Part shown: piece after piece, positions 30,861-41,618 of the stretch
Layout of the letters: each line of letters opens with the position of its first letter
How positions within the stretch are numbered: the stretch's first letter is position 1
Assembly (NCBI GenBank): GCA_963797485.1
Contig: CAWCPF010000003.1
Coordinates: forward strand, 934,552-998,551
DNA: 64,000 bases
Source of the DNA: an uncultured Chloroflexia bacterium
GTDB taxonomy: Bacteria; Chloroflexota; Anaerolineae; Anaerolineales; E44-bin32
Direction of reading: 5' to 3'
Notes under the pieces: model-generated
Told to the model about the DNA's origin: nothing
Databases searched by the model: none
Seen by the model: only the letters and a program-made list of their open reading frames with translations
Made by a program: the position numbers and the translations under genes

Positions 30861-31823
30861 TCATGCCCAGAACATCTCTCCAGGCGGCTCCAAAGCCACC
30901 GCCTCCTGCAAAGCTGCCAGTCCCTTGCGCAGCCCTTCGTCAAAGGACAACAGACCGTCCTCGTGTTCGATGGAAATGACGTGGTCATAGCCAACCACAC
31001 GCAGGGCGCTCACGATGTCTTTCCAGACCTTGATGTCGTGCCCATATCCGATTGTGCGGAAAGTCCAGGCCCGATCCGGGATGCGAGTGTACGGTTTGCC
31101 ATCGTTGCAGCCATTGACCTGGATGTTCAGCGGATCCAGGTAGCAGTCCTTGCCGTGCACGTGGACGATCGCCGATCCCAGCTTGCGGATGGCGGCCACC
31201 GGATCGACCCCGTTCCAAAACAGATGGCTGGGGTCGAAATTGCAGCCCAGGGCGTCGCCGCAAACCTCGCGCATACGCAGCAGGGTCTCCACGTTGTAGA
31301 TCAGCATCCCTGGATGCATCTCGACCCCTATCTGGACCGCGTGCGCGCCGGCGTATTCGGCGGCTGAACGCCAGTAGGGGATGCCCACCTTCGTCCACTG
31401 GTAATCGAGGATCTCGAGGAAGTGCGGGGGCCAAGGACAGGTGACCCAGTTGGGGCGTGAATCTCCCGGCCCTCCGGCGGGCAGACCGGAGAGCACGTTG
31501 ATGGCCGGGACGCCCAGCTTGGCGGCCAGGTCGACCGTCTTTCTAAACAAAACATCGCTCGGTCCGGCGATGGTCCGGTCCGGGCTGAGCGGGTCCCAAT
31601 GACAGCTCAGCGCGCTGATGATCAGGCCGCGGCTTTCCACAGTCTTCAGATAGGCCTTGCGCTTTTCTGGGCTGGCGAGCAGGCCCTCCAAATCGCAGTG
31701 GTGGCTGCCGGGGTACCCGCCGGTGCCGATCTCGACGGCGGTCGCACCGGCGGCAGCGATCCGATCCAGGGCGTCTTCGAAGCCCAAGTCCTGGTACAAG
31801 ACGGAGAACACACCTATCCGCAT
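30861..31823 (-). CDS. Xylose-isomerase-like TIM-barrel enzyme (sugar phosphate isomerase/epimerase or 3-keto-sugar hydratase type)
   Basis: VEIGTGGYPG, EMHPG, NFDPSH, HVHGKD, SIEHED. Confidence 0.88.
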   Translation of the reverse strand: MRIGVFSVLYQDLGFEDALDRIAAAGATAVEIGTGGYPGSHHCDLEGLLASPEKRKAYLKTVESRGLIISALSCHWDPLSPDRTIAGPSDVLFRKTVDLAAKLGVPAINVLSGLPAGGPGDSRPNWVTCPWPPHFLEILDYQWTKVGIPYWRSAAEYAGAHAVQIGVEMHPGMLIYNVETLLRMREVCGDALGCNFDPSHLFWNGVDPVAAIRKLGSAIVHVHGKDCYLDPLNIQVNGCNDGKPYTRIPDRAWTFRTIGYGHDIKVWKDIVSALRVVGYDHVISIEHEDGLLSFDEGLRKGLAALQEAVALEPPGEMFWA

Positions 31824-31837
31824 CGGAGGCTCCTTCC

Positions 31838-33123
31838 TTACAGCAGGTCCTGCTGGCGTCTCAACTGGACGACGGTTTGGCCTTCGTTAAGGGCGACATC
31901 TTCCCAGGTCAGCACCTGGCCCTGTGGGACGGGGTTGACCAGCTTGGCCCCGGGCGCCAACCCGACCGGCAGCGCGTTCAGCTGCATGGCTGTCTGGGCA
32001 TTATCGAGGCTGCCATGGAAGGTGTAGCCTCCAAAGGCGTCGAGAGTTCTCACCGGCTTTCAGATCGCGCTTGGCGACGGTCAGGACTTCGGCCACCGGC
32101 CGGTCGAGGGGCACCAGAGTGGTCTGGCGGTGAATGAATGCCCGGGCGACCGACAAGGGCGCTTCAATGAACCACAAGTGGTAGGGGCGGAAGAAGGTGA
32201 AGTAGTGTCCGCTCCCGACTTTGAGGTAGGCCAGGTCGGCGCTCAAACGCGGATCGTCGATGCGAACCGTGATGAAGACCCCGCCTGACATGGCCGGCCC
32301 TTGCACAAAATCCACCGTGCCTGGCGAGCGGATCAGGCCCCCATCCGACTCAAGGGCGAACAACTGAGATACCGTGTTCAGATCGGCCTGCGGCCCGATC
32401 ATGCCGCGTTGTTGGGGCAGACAACCGGTGGCGTTGGCCGAGCAGGCCATTTCGAACATGGTCTTGGTGCCGTCGACATATGAAGCCACCTGGAAGGCAT
32501 CTTTGTCGGCGCGCCGGGCCGATTTCGGCCACATCGTCGGGTGTGGCCAGCGGGTTGAGCGGATTGTTCTTCCCCTTGCCGATGACGATGGGTTCGAATC
32601 CCAGACTGGTGACGAAATCCCACAGCTCCATCAAGCAGCCCGGTTCATCGCCGGACGAGACTGTATAGAGCACGCCGGCCCGCTCTGCCAGATGTTTCAA
32701 GATGCGCCCGACGGTCACATCGGCTTCGATGTTGACCATCACCACGTCTTTGCCGTGCTCGATGCAGCCCATGGCAGTTTCGGCCCCCGAGTCCGGCGAA
32801 GGGGTGACATCGGCCACGATGTCCACCGCCGGAACCTCGGCCGCCAGGCGGTACGAGCCCGTCACGACGCGCCGGCCCTGGCCGATGGCATCGGCTGCGG
32901 CGTCGCTGGATTCGGTTTCGACGATCTTTTCGGCAGGCACACCGCAGGCCTCGAAGGCCCGGCGAGCCAGGGCGATGTCAGGGTCGGCCAGGATGTCGAC
33001 GCGCATGCCGGGCATACGTTCCACCTGGTACACGAAACCGCTGCCGATCCACCCGGCGCCGCTCACACCCAACCTGATGGGCATACCCTGGGCTTCGCGT
33101 TGAGAAAGCTCTTCGTGCAGCAT
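31838..33123 (-). CDS. NAD(P)-dependent oxidoreductase with C-terminal SAF domain (homoserine-dehydrogenase-like, COG4091 type); two apparent frameshifts
   Basis: GVSGAGWIG, NIEADVTVG, GDEPG, GKGKNNP, YVDGTKTMFEM, FFRPYHL, AKRDL, spread over ORFs 32350-33150, 32001-32534 and 31838-32053. Confidence 0.85.
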
Positions 33124-33124
33124 G

Positions 33125-34102
33125 TCAGCTCGCAACCTGCTTGCCGGCATGGATATCGAGGCAGGCGTCGAAGATGTCTTGGGACGTTAAGTGGTACTTG
33201 ACGAGCAGCTCATTCGGGTCGCCCGATTCGGCGTAACCGTCGGCGAGCCCGACAAAGCGCATGGGAACCGGATGCCGGCCGGCGACGATGCGGGCAACGT
33301 TGCTGCCCATGCCGCCAGTCAACAAGTGCTCCTCGGCGCACACGATGGCACCCGTCTCACGCGCCGCCGCCACCAGGGCGGCCTCATCGATCGGACGCAG
33401 GCTGTACAGATCGATCACCCGAGCCTGAATGGAGCGCTCCGCCAGCATGGCGGCGGCGTCCATGGCGGCCGGGACCATCAACCCGCAGGCGACGATGGTG
33501 AGATCGTCCCCTGGGCGGACGGTGTGGCTTCCGCCGAGGTGAAACTCCGGCCCGGGCTCAGGGTAAATTTCCGGCATCGGCGCGCGGCTGGAACGCAGCC
33601 AGACCGGTCCGACATGATCGGTGGCGGCTTTGACCAGGGCGTGCATGGAGGTCCGATCGCATGGCACCAGCATGGCTACCGTCGGCAGGCCGCCGACGAG
33701 GGCCAGGTCTTCAATCCCCATCTGGGTCACCCCGTCTTTGCCCAGGGTGATGCCACCGTGGCTGCCGAGGATCTTGGCGTTGACGTTCGAGATGGCGATC
33801 GAAAGACGGATCTGGTCGTAAGCATTGCACAACAAGAACGACGAGAAACTGGTGATCCACGGGATCAGCCCGCACGAGGCCATGCCGGCACCGATGGACG
33901 CCAGATTGCTCTCGGCGATGCCGATGTTGAAGAAACGGTCCGGAAACGCTTTGCGGACACTCTCGGCCTTGGTGGAGTTCCCCAGATCACCGTCCAGCAC
34001 CACCACGCGCGGATTGTCGGTGGTCACCTTGAGCAACGCCTCGCCAAAGGCGTCCCGCAGCTGGCCGCCCGGTTTCAGGCCGGCGGCTTGTCCTAGTTCC
34101 AT
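33125..34102 (-). CDS. Transketolase, C-terminal subunit
   Basis: NIGIAESN, GITLGKDGVTQM, AEEH. Confidence 0.92.
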   Translation of the reverse strand: MELGQAAGLKPGGQLRDAFGEALLKVTTDNPRVVVLDGDLGNSTKAESVRKAFPDRFFNIGIAESNLASIGAGMASCGLIPWITSFSSFLLCNAYDQIRLSIAISNVNAKILGSHGGITLGKDGVTQMGIEDLALVGGLPTVAMLVPCDRTSMHALVKAATDHVGPVWLRSSRAPMPEIYPEPGPEFHLGGSHTVRPGDDLTIVACGLMVPAAMDAAAMLAERSIQARVIDLYSLRPIDEAALVAAARETGAIVCAEEHLLTGGMGSNVARIVAGRHPVPMRFVGLADGYAESGDPNELLVKYHLTSQDIFDACLDIHAGKQVAS

Positions 34103-34938
34103 GCCAGCTCCTTCCGGGCTTCCTCAGCCTGCACAGGGGTCAGGGCCCGCCCATGAAATGTGAAATCCTGCTCGACAAAACTGACGCCTTTGCCCTTGAC
34201 CGTGTGGGCGATCAAGATCTGGGGCTTGCCCGAGATGGTCTGAAGGGTGGTGAGCTTGGCTATGAGCTGTTCGGTTGAGTGCCCATCGCACTCATCGACG
34301 TGCCAGCCGAACGCCCGCCACTTGTCTGCCAGCGGCTCGAGCCCCATTTCGCGGCTGATGGGCCCGGTCTCCTGATAGCCGTTGTAGTCGAGGATAGCGG
34401 TCAGCCGGTCGCACTTGAAATGCGCCGCCGCCATGGCAGCCTCCCAAACCTGGCCGGCTTCGCACTCGCCGTCGCCAATCAGGACGTAAACGCGGTAGTC
34501 CTGTTGGTTGAGCCGCCCCGCCAGTACGTGACCAATCCCCAGGGAGAGACCCTGGCCGAGGGATCCCGAAGTGCACTCGACGCCCGGCATACATCCTTGA
34601 ATTGGATGGCCCTGCATGGGGCTGCCGATTTTGCGCAGCTCCCCCAGCATCTCGAGGCTGAAGTAGCCTGCGCGGGCGAGGATGGCGTACAGCAGAGGCG
34701 CGGCATGACCCTTGCTCATCAGGAACCGATCACGCTCGGGCCACCAGGGATCCTCGGGTCGATAGCGGAGCAAGCCCCCAAAGTACAGCGCCACCATGAT
34801 TTCGACGGCCGACCACGAGCTGGACGGATGACCGGAAGCGGCCCGAGTGGTGCTTTCCAGGATATCCAGCCGGATGGTATGGGCCAATTCATTGAGTTGT
34901 TTGAGATCAAGGGTTTTCGGATAATGCTCAGACATCAT
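34093..34938 (-). CDS. Transketolase, N-terminal (TPP-binding) subunit
   Basis: SGHP, SKGHA, GSLGQG, GDGECEAGQVWEA, TVKGKG. Confidence 0.94.
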   Translation of the reverse strand: MMSEHYPKTLDLKQLNELAHTIRLDILESTTRAASGHPSSSWSAVEIMVALYFGGLLRYRPEDPWWPERDRFLMSKGHAAPLLYAILARAGYFSLEMLGELRKIGSPMQGHPIQGCMPGVECTSGSLGQGLSLGIGHVLAGRLNQQDYRVYVLIGDGECEAGQVWEAAMAAAHFKCDRLTAILDYNGYQETGPISREMGLEPLADKWRAFGWHVDECDGHSTEQLIAKLTTLQTISGKPQILIAHTVKGKGVSFVEQDFTFHGRALTPVQAEEARKELAWN

Positions 34939-35893
34939 GACTCCCCAGAAAGGTTTGGACCTGTTCCAAAGTCGGCAGGGCCGGGATGACGCCCTGCCTT
35001 AACGCGGTCAGGGCGGCGACGGCGTTGGCGTAGCGCATATGGCCCGTCAGGCGCTCGGGGTCCAGCTCGGCGCGCCAATTCGATCCGGAGACTAATCGAC
35101 ACAGCAATCCCGCCATGAATGCATCCCCGCAGCCCGTGGCGTCAACGGTCTCGACCGGGTAAGCCGGAACCAGCCCGGCGCCTTGCGGGCTGAAGAACTG
35201 GCTCCCACCAGAGCCCCGCGTGAGCACCACCACGCTGGGGCCCAACTCAAAGAGCATGGCGGCGGTCGTCTCCGGCTTTTGCCCTCGGCCCAGTAGCTCC
35301 ATCTCGGTTTCATTGACCTTGACCAGGTCGGAGCGGGCGGCGAACTCGAGCGCCATGCTTCTAGCGGCGGCGGGCGACGGCCAAAAAGTCGGGCGGTAGT
35401 TCACGTCGTATGAAATCAGGCTGCCTGCTTGGCGGGCTATTTCGATGGCGCTGGAGGTGGCGCTGCGGCTCGGTTCGTCGGTCAGGCTGAGCGAACCGAA
35501 ATGGAATACCCGGGCGGAGTGGATCAATGATGAATCCAGCTCGGCGGGCTCAAGGCGAGTATCCGCGCCCGGGTTGCGATAAAAAACGCATTCATATGAG
35601 TTGGGGTCCGGCTGCGACAGCAACACCATGGTGGTTCGAGCATCGGGATCGAAACGCAGGCCCTGCACGTTGACGCCTTCATGCACAAGGATGGATTCGA
35701 GCCAGTGTCCATACGGATCGTCGCCGACCTTGCCTATGAACGCGCTCGAATAACCCAATCTGGAGGCGGCTACGGCCGCGTTGGCCATGGCCCCGCCCGG
35801 AGTCGGCTTCAGGGCGGTCACCTCGGTCAGAGGACGGCCGATCTCGACCGGAAACATGTCAACCAGCAGTTCACCCAGACAGATGAGGTCCAT
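34928..35893 (-). CDS. PfkB-family carbohydrate kinase
   Basis: GGAMANAA, GKVGDD, DVNYRP, DATGCGDAF. Confidence 0.94.
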   Translation of the reverse strand: MDLICLGELLVDMFPVEIGRPLTEVTALKPTPGGAMANAAVAASRLGYSSAFIGKVGDDPYGHWLESILVHEGVNVQGLRFDPDARTTMVLLSQPDPNSYECVFYRNPGADTRLEPAELDSSLIHSARVFHFGSLSLTDEPSRSATSSAIEIARQAGSLISYDVNYRPTFWPSPAAARSMALEFAARSDLVKVNETEMELLGRGQKPETTAAMLFELGPSVVVLTRGSGGSQFFSPQGAGLVPAYPVETVDATGCGDAFMAGLLCRLVSGSNWRAELDPERLTGHMRYANAVAALTALRQGVIPALPTLEQVQTFLGSHDV

Positions 35894-35899
35894 GCCAGC

Positions 35900-36632
35900 T
35901 CACTCGCGCACTTCCCCATACAAGGCGTACCGGTCCCCGCGGTAGTAAATGCGCAGGAACTCCGATGGGGCATTGGTTTGGGAATAGGAGACACGCTCGA
36001 CGAACAGCAGGGGCGACCGGCTTGGTATGCCCAGCATTTTGGCCTGCGGCCGGGACGAGATGACGGCCCGGATGGTTTGATGGGCGCGCACAAACCGCAG
36101 TCCATACCTTTGAGTGAGCACGGACTTGAGGGACGCCTTCTCGAGATCCACCTCTAGGAGCCCAGGGCAGAGTTCGTGGACCAGGTGGGAATTCCTCGAT
36201 GCTCATGGGTTCCCCATCCGCCAGCCTGAGGCGGTCAATGCGCGCCAGCGTGGTTCCGTCGGCAATCTGCAGGCGCTCGGCGATCTCATGCGGCGCCGGG
36301 ATGAGGTCGGCGAACAGGACCTGCGTGGTAGGCGTGAAGCCGCGCTGGGTCATGTCTTCGGTGAAGCTCAGGATTCGGCTCAAGGCGTGTTCGAGGGTAT
36401 GTTTGGACACAAAGGTGCCCCGGCCTTGCTGCCGGTAGATCAGGCCCTCGTTCACCAGCCGGTGCAGCACCTGCCGCACCACGATTCGACTGACTTTGTA
36501 TTCCGCGGTGAGCTCAGATTCGGGCGGAATCATGCCCCCCTCGACCCATTGGCGGCTGAGAATCTTGCCGCGCAATATGTCGTAAAGCTGTTGGTGAAGG
36601 GGCAGTCTGCTCAGGCGGTTGACGGCGTCCAT
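35900..36632 (-). CDS. GntR (HutC/UTRA) regulator, apparent frameshift near 36190
   Basis: MDAVNRLSRLPLHQQL, PPESEL, QGRGTFV; C-terminal YRGDRY in ORF 35900-36151; close paralog of 24285-25019. Confidence 0.85.
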
Positions 36633-36675
36633 GGGGCCCCAGTCAGATTGATTCCGAGACGAATGGCAAACACTC

Positions 36676-37800
36676 TTACCCGGACGGCAGATCGATCCAC
36701 CGGCCGGCGGCGGCGGACTGACCAACCGCATCCAGGACCTGCTGGCACTTCCAGCCATCGCGGAAATCCGGCATGACGGACGTGTGGCCGTCGATGGCGA
36801 CCAGCAAGTCGTAGATTTCGTGAATAAACGTGTGCTCCCAGCCGATGATGTGCCCCGGCGGCCACCAGGCGCTGAGATATGGATGTGAGTGCTCGGTGAC
36901 CATGATGGTATGGAAGCCCTGGACTTCGGGCGGATCTTCGGTGGAGAAGAACTCCAGCTCATTCATCCGCTCCAGGTTGAACACCAGGCCGCCCTTGCTC
37001 CCGAACAGTTCGAAGCGCAAGAAATTCTTGCGACCCGTCGCCAAACGCGTGGCCAAGAACGCTCCCTGGGCTCCGTTGACAAACCGCGCCAGAAAGGCTG
37101 TGGCGTCATCGGCGGTGACCTTTCCTTTTGAGCCGTCGGACTTGGTGCGCTCCTTGATGAACACCTCTTGGACACCATTCACGGCCTCAATGTCCCCGAC
37201 CAGATATCGGGCCAGGTCAACCGTGTGGGCGTTCATGTCTCCGTGGGCGCCCGAGCCGGCTTCGGCGATGTCGTTCCGCCAGACGTAAGGGAAGGCGGGA
37301 TCGAGGAGCCAATCCTGGTAGTACACGGCATTGAAGTGGTACACCGTGCCGATGCGTCCCTGATCGATGAGCTGCTTGGCGAGCACGATGGCGGGCACGC
37401 GGCGGTAGTTGAAAGCCACCATGTGGGTCACGCCGGCGGCTTCGGCGGCTTCATACATTTGGCGCGCCTCGTCGGCGTTCATGGCGATCGGTTTTTCGCA
37501 CAAGATGTGCTTGCCACGCTTGGCGGCGTCCAGGGCCATCGGGAGATGGGTGGAATTGGAGGTGCAGATGTCGACCAGATCAATGTCGTCCCGGGCGGTG
37601 AGCCGCTCCCACGAGGTCTCGGTCGACTGATAGCCGAACTGCCCGGCGAAGCGGGCCAGCTGGGCCTGGTCCCGGCCGCAGGCGGCTGTCAGCACGGGGC
37701 GCAGGGGGGAAGGAAAAAAATAGCCCACATCGATGTAGGCATTCGAATGCGCCCGCCCCATAAAACGCGTGCCGATCATCCCGACCCGGATGTCCGTCAT
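36676..37800 (-). CDS. Gfo/Idh/MocA oxidoreductase (levoglucosan-dehydrogenase-like subfamily)
   Basis: GMIGTRFMGRAHS, CEKP, AFNYRR, QDW, AGSGAHGD, WWPPGHIIGWEHTF. Confidence 0.92.
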   Translation of the reverse strand: MTDIRVGMIGTRFMGRAHSNAYIDVGYFFPSPLRPVLTAACGRDQAQLARFAGQFGYQSTETSWERLTARDDIDLVDICTSNSTHLPMALDAAKRGKHILCEKPIAMNADEARQMYEAAEAAGVTHMVAFNYRRVPAIVLAKQLIDQGRIGTVYHFNAVYYQDWLLDPAFPYVWRNDIAEAGSGAHGDMNAHTVDLARYLVGDIEAVNGVQEVFIKERTKSDGSKGKVTADDATAFLARFVNGAQGAFLATRLATGRKNFLRFELFGSKGGLVFNLERMNELEFFSTEDPPEVQGFHTIMVTEHSHPYLSAWWPPGHIIGWEHTFIHEIYDLLVAIDGHTSVMPDFRDGWKCQQVLDAVGQSAAAGRWIDLPSG

Positions 37801-37865
37801 AAGGCCTCCGCGAGTGAGCCAGGAAGCCGAGCGTTGTCGCGCCCCGGCAGGCCGCACATTGCAAG

Positions 37866-37895
37866 GACATTATAACGTTATAACGTTATAATGTC
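37866..37895. promoter_or_regulatory. Perfect 30-bp palindrome, putative GntR operator
   Basis: GACATTATAACGTTATAACGTTATAATGTC equals its own reverse complement; internal 8-bp period. Confidence 0.7.
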
Positions 37896-37992
37896 GATCG
37901 GCAGGGCCTCGACAGTGCCTTGACAGTGCCTTGGCGGGGCCTCGGCGAGGCTGACGGCCGTGTGCCGCCGCGACCAGGGCTAGAATGGTGCT

Positions 37993-39204
37993 ATGGCGTA
38001 TGGACTGTACCTGCACATCCCCTTCTGCCGGCATCGCTGTGCCTACTGCGACTTCAATACGTATGCCGGGCTGGAGGACCTGATTCCGGCCTACACCCGG
38101 GCTCTGGGCGCGGAAATCCGGGGGGTCGGAGCGCAGGCGCGCCAGGGGGACAAGCCCGCCCAAGTAAGTACGGTCTTTTTCGGAGGCGGAACGCCGTCGC
38201 TTCTCCCCCCGACAACCGTCGGCGCGCTCCTGGACCACGTCCGCGCCAGCTTCCAACTTGCCGAAGCGGCCGAAATCACCCTGGAAGCCAATCCTGGCAC
38301 GGTCCAGGCCGATCAATTCGAGGCCTTGCGGCGAGCCGGGGTCAATCGGCTTTCGTTTGGCATGCAATCCAGCCACCCGGATGAGCTGCGCCTGCTCGAG
38401 CGCCAGCACGGCATGGCCGAAGTGAGCCAGGCCGTGCGCTGGGCGCGTGAGGCCGGATTCGGTCAGGTCAACCTGGACTTGATCTATGGCCTTCCCAATC
38501 AGCCTATCGCCGCCTGGCAATCCAGCCTGCGAGCGGCGCTCGATTTGGAGCCGGACCATGTGTCTTTATATGCCCTGAGCCTCGAGTTTGGAACCCCGAT
38601 GCGCAAATGGGTCGAGACCGGCACTTTGCCGGAACCCGATCCGGATTTGGCAGCCGACATGTACGAATGGGCATCTGAGACCCTGTCCGGCGGGGGTTTT
38701 CTGCAATACGAGCTCTCGAACTGGGCGCGCTCGGCGCCGGAAGGCGGTCCGCTCGCCTGCCAACACAATCTGCATGTTTGGCGTCACGGGGAGTATTTCG
38801 GGCTGGGCGCCGGCGCACACGGCTTTGCCAACGGATGGCGCGTCTCGGATGTTCGCTCACCCCGCGCCTACATTCAACGCTTGGATGGAGCTGCGTGGGA
38901 TGGCCGACTCCCCTTTTCACCCGCGACGGAGTGGGCGGAAAAGCAGGACGCGGCCCGGCTCAAGAGCGACCGGATGATTCTGGGACTGAGGCTGACCTCG
39001 GAAGGGGTGTCCGAGGCTGGCTACGCCCAGTCCTTCGGCGCCGCCGTCGACACCGATTTCGGAGGCGCCATCGACCGGCTGTCTGAAGACGGATTGTTGA
39101 CCCGGTCTGCCGGGCGAATATGTCTGACGCCTCGGGGCCGGCTGCTGGGTAACCGGGTGTTTGAGGCACTGCTCTCGCCGCAATCGGATCTGGCCCCGAG
39201 CTGA
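37993..39204 (+). CDS. hemW: Radical SAM heme chaperone HemW
   Basis: LYLHIPFCRHRCAYCDF, FFGGGTPS, EANP, YELSNW, HN; TAGAAT 6 nt upstream. Confidence 0.92.
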   Translation: MAYGLYLHIPFCRHRCAYCDFNTYAGLEDLIPAYTRALGAEIRGVGAQARQGDKPAQVSTVFFGGGTPSLLPPTTVGALLDHVRASFQLAEAAEITLEANPGTVQADQFEALRRAGVNRLSFGMQSSHPDELRLLERQHGMAEVSQAVRWAREAGFGQVNLDLIYGLPNQPIAAWQSSLRAALDLEPDHVSLYALSLEFGTPMRKWVETGTLPEPDPDLAADMYEWASETLSGGGFLQYELSNWARSAPEGGPLACQHNLHVWRHGEYFGLGAGAHGFANGWRVSDVRSPRAYIQRLDGAAWDGRLPFSPATEWAEKQDAARLKSDRMILGLRLTSEGVSEAGYAQSFGAAVDTDFGGAIDRLSEDGLLTRSAGRICLTPRGRLLGNRVFEALLSPQSDLAPS

Positions 39205-39226
39205 GGTTGCCGTCGAGGCTCAGGCG

Positions 39227-40531
39227 TCAGTTCCGGGCTGGTCGGTCCGGACCGGCCAGGGCCTCGGGCATCTCCAAAAGGCGATGCAGGTCGTCCAGAA
39301 ACCGGGCCGCCATGGCGCCGTCCAGCACACGATGATCCACCGACAAGCTGAGCGTGCACATAGTCCGGACGACGATCTCATCGCCGGTGTCGGACGCCGG
39401 GATCGCCCGGCGAGCGAGGCGGCCGACGGCCAGGATGGCGCTCTCGGGCGGATTGATGATGGCCGAGAAGCGGTCGATCCCGTACATCCCCAGGTTGGAG
39501 ATCGTAAAGGTGCCGCCCGATAAATCGTGCTGGCCCAGGCGACCCTGGCGCGCCCGCTCGGTGAGCTGGCGGAGCTCGCCGGCAATCGCCTGTAGGCTCT
39601 TGTCCTGCACCCTGTGGATGACCGGCACCACCAGTCCGTCCTGCAGGGCGACGGCCACGCCGACGTGAATCTCGGGATGCAATTGAATGACGTTTCCCTC
39701 GAGGCTGGCGTTGACCTCAGGGTGCCCGGCCAGCGCGGAGGCGACCGCTTTGACCAAGATGGCGGTCGCAGATATGCGCTCTGAACCCTCTTGGTTCAGC
39801 CTCTGCCGCAGCGCCTCCATGCGGGTGGCGTCTACGTCCACCTGAAGAGTGAAGTGCGGGGCGGTCCGGGCGCTGAAGGCCATTCGCTCAGCGATGGCCG
39901 CCCGCATGCCGACCAGCGGGATGGATTGGGCGCCTTCGGTCGCAAGACCTGGGTCCGTGGCAGACAAGACATCTTCGGCCTGGACGCGTCCCCGCGGCCC
40001 CGACCCGGAAAGGTCGCTCAAAGCGACATGGCGCTCGCCAGCCAGCCGGCGAGCAGCCGGCGTGGCCGCAATCCGGCTTGTGAGCGCCTGGCGGACGGCC
40101 TCAACGTCCCTGCGTGTGATCCGCCCGCCGGGTCCCGTTCCGGACAGCCGGTTCAGGTCGAGCCCGCGCTGGCCCGCTATTCTGGCTGCCAGGGGTGTGG
40201 CGCGTGCAGGCTTAGGTGAAGCCGGGTGCGGCCCGAGATGCGGCTCCGGAGCCGCCGGTTCTTTGGGCACCGGCGCGGACGGCGGCTCTTCGCCGGGTTG
40301 GACGACATAGGCCAGAATCTCGGTCGTGGCCAGCGTGTCCCCCTCGCGGGCCCGCAGGCCGGCCAGGATGCCGTCTTCAGGCGCCTCGACTTCCATGTTG
40401 ATCTTATCGGTGGTGACCTCGACCACCGGCTCACCCTTCTCCACTCGATCGCCCTCATGCTTAAGCCAGCGGGCGATTTGGGATTGCTCGTGGGTGAACC
40501 CGAATTTCGGGAGGATGATCTCGGTGGCCAC
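39227..40531 (-). CDS. Dihydrolipoamide acyltransferase (E2)
   Basis: EVTTDKINME lipoyl motif, two E3-binding repeats (ATPLAARIA, ATPAARRLA), TISNLG, DHRVLDG. Confidence 0.93.
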   Translation of the reverse strand: MATEIILPKFGFTHEQSQIARWLKHEGDRVEKGEPVVEVTTDKINMEVEAPEDGILAGLRAREGDTLATTEILAYVVQPGEEPPSAPVPKEPAAPEPHLGPHPASPKPARATPLAARIAGQRGLDLNRLSGTGPGGRITRRDVEAVRQALTSRIAATPAARRLAGERHVALSDLSGSGPRGRVQAEDVLSATDPGLATEGAQSIPLVGMRAAIAERMAFSARTAPHFTLQVDVDATRMEALRQRLNQEGSERISATAILVKAVASALAGHPEVNASLEGNVIQLHPEIHVGVAVALQDGLVVPVIHRVQDKSLQAIAGELRQLTERARQGRLGQHDLSGGTFTISNLGMYGIDRFSAIINPPESAILAVGRLARRAIPASDTGDEIVVRTMCTLSLSVDHRVLDGAMAARFLDDLHRLLEMPEALAGPDRPARN

Positions 40532-40619
40532 GTCAATATCGTCCTGAGTTTGCAAGTCGGCGGGAGGGGCAGGGCCGGGCCGGAGTCATCCGGCCCATCG
40601 GCTGCGAGACGATCACCGG

Positions 40620-41618
40620 CTAGACATCTCCCTGGACCATATGGCGCGCCACCCGGACCATGTCCTCGACCTGAGGCACGGCGTGCGCCTCCAACAGGCG
40701 GTTATACGGAATGGGGATGTCCAGACCTCCCAGCCTGCGAATAGGGGCGTCCAGGTAGTCGAACGCCTGGCTGGCGGCAAGCCGGGCGACCACCTCACCC
40801 CCAAAACCGCCGGTTTGAACGGCTTCATGAACCACGAGCGCGCGTCCCGTCTTGATCACCAATTCGATGATCGGTTGCTCGTCCAAAGGCTGGAGCGTGC
40901 GCGGATCGATGACCTCGAGCTCGATTCCCTCAGACGCCAGCTGTTGGGCGGCTTCGAGCGCGCGGGAGACCATCAGCGAGGTGGCGATGACGGTCAGGTC
41001 TCGCCCAGGGCGAACGATCTTGGTTTGAGAAAGCGGTACCAGATAGCGGCCTTCGGGGACCTCGGACTTCGTCTTATACAGAAGCTTGTGCTCGATGAAG
41101 ACGACCGGATTGTCGTCGTCGATAGCGGCCAGCAGCAGACCCTTGGCGTCGTAGGCATTGCTGGGCATGACGACTTTCAGGCCGGGGACATGGACGAACC
41201 AGTTCTCCAGGCTCTCGGAGTGCTGGGCGGCGGCGCCGGTGCCGGAGCCGCCAGGCATCCGCAGCACGAATGGGACGGTGGCCTTACCCCCAAACATGAA
41301 GCGCACCTTGGCGGCCTGGAGCACAAGTTGTTCCATCGATAGGGTGACAAAATCCATGAACTGGATCTCGCCGACCGGGCGCATGCCGGTCAGCGATGCC
41401 CCCAGGCAGGCGCCGGCGATGGCGGCTTCAGAGATGGGTGTGTCTCGAGGACGCGACGATCGCCAAACTCGTCGATCAGCCCGGCGGTCACACCGAAGGC
41501 GCCGCCGTACACCCCGATGTCTTCGCCGATGAGGAACACACGCGGGTCTTCGTTCATCGCCAAGCTGGAGCGCTTCGCGCAGGGCCTCGGCGTAGGTCAG
41601 TTCCCGGTCCTCAGGCAT
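40620..41618 (-). CDS. TPP-dependent dehydrogenase E1 beta (acetoin/2-oxoacid type); compensating frameshift pair near the N-terminus
   Basis: [39 protein letters not shown]. Confidence 0.88.
   Translation of the reverse strand: MPEDRELTYAEALREALQLGDERRPACVPHRRRHRGVRRRLRCDRRADRRVWRSSRPRDTPISEAAIAGACLGASLTGMRPVGEIQFMDFVTLSMEQLVLQAAKVRFMFGGKATVPFVLRMPGGSGTGAAAQHSESLENWFVHVPGLKVVMPSNAYDAKGLLLAAIDDDNPVVFIEHKLLYKTKSEVPEGRYLVPLSQTKIVRPGRDLTVIATSLMVSRALEAAQQLASEGIELEVIDPRTLQPLDEQPIIELVIKTGRALVVHEAVQTGGFGGEVVARLAASQAFDYLDAPIRRLGGLDIPIPYNRLLEAHAVPQVEDMVRVARHMVQGDV

Noticed and set aside
37911-37932. Tandem 11-bp repeat GACAGTGCCTT x2 containing TTGACA
   Set aside because: Only two units, and too far from the hemW -10 to be its -35; no function supportable
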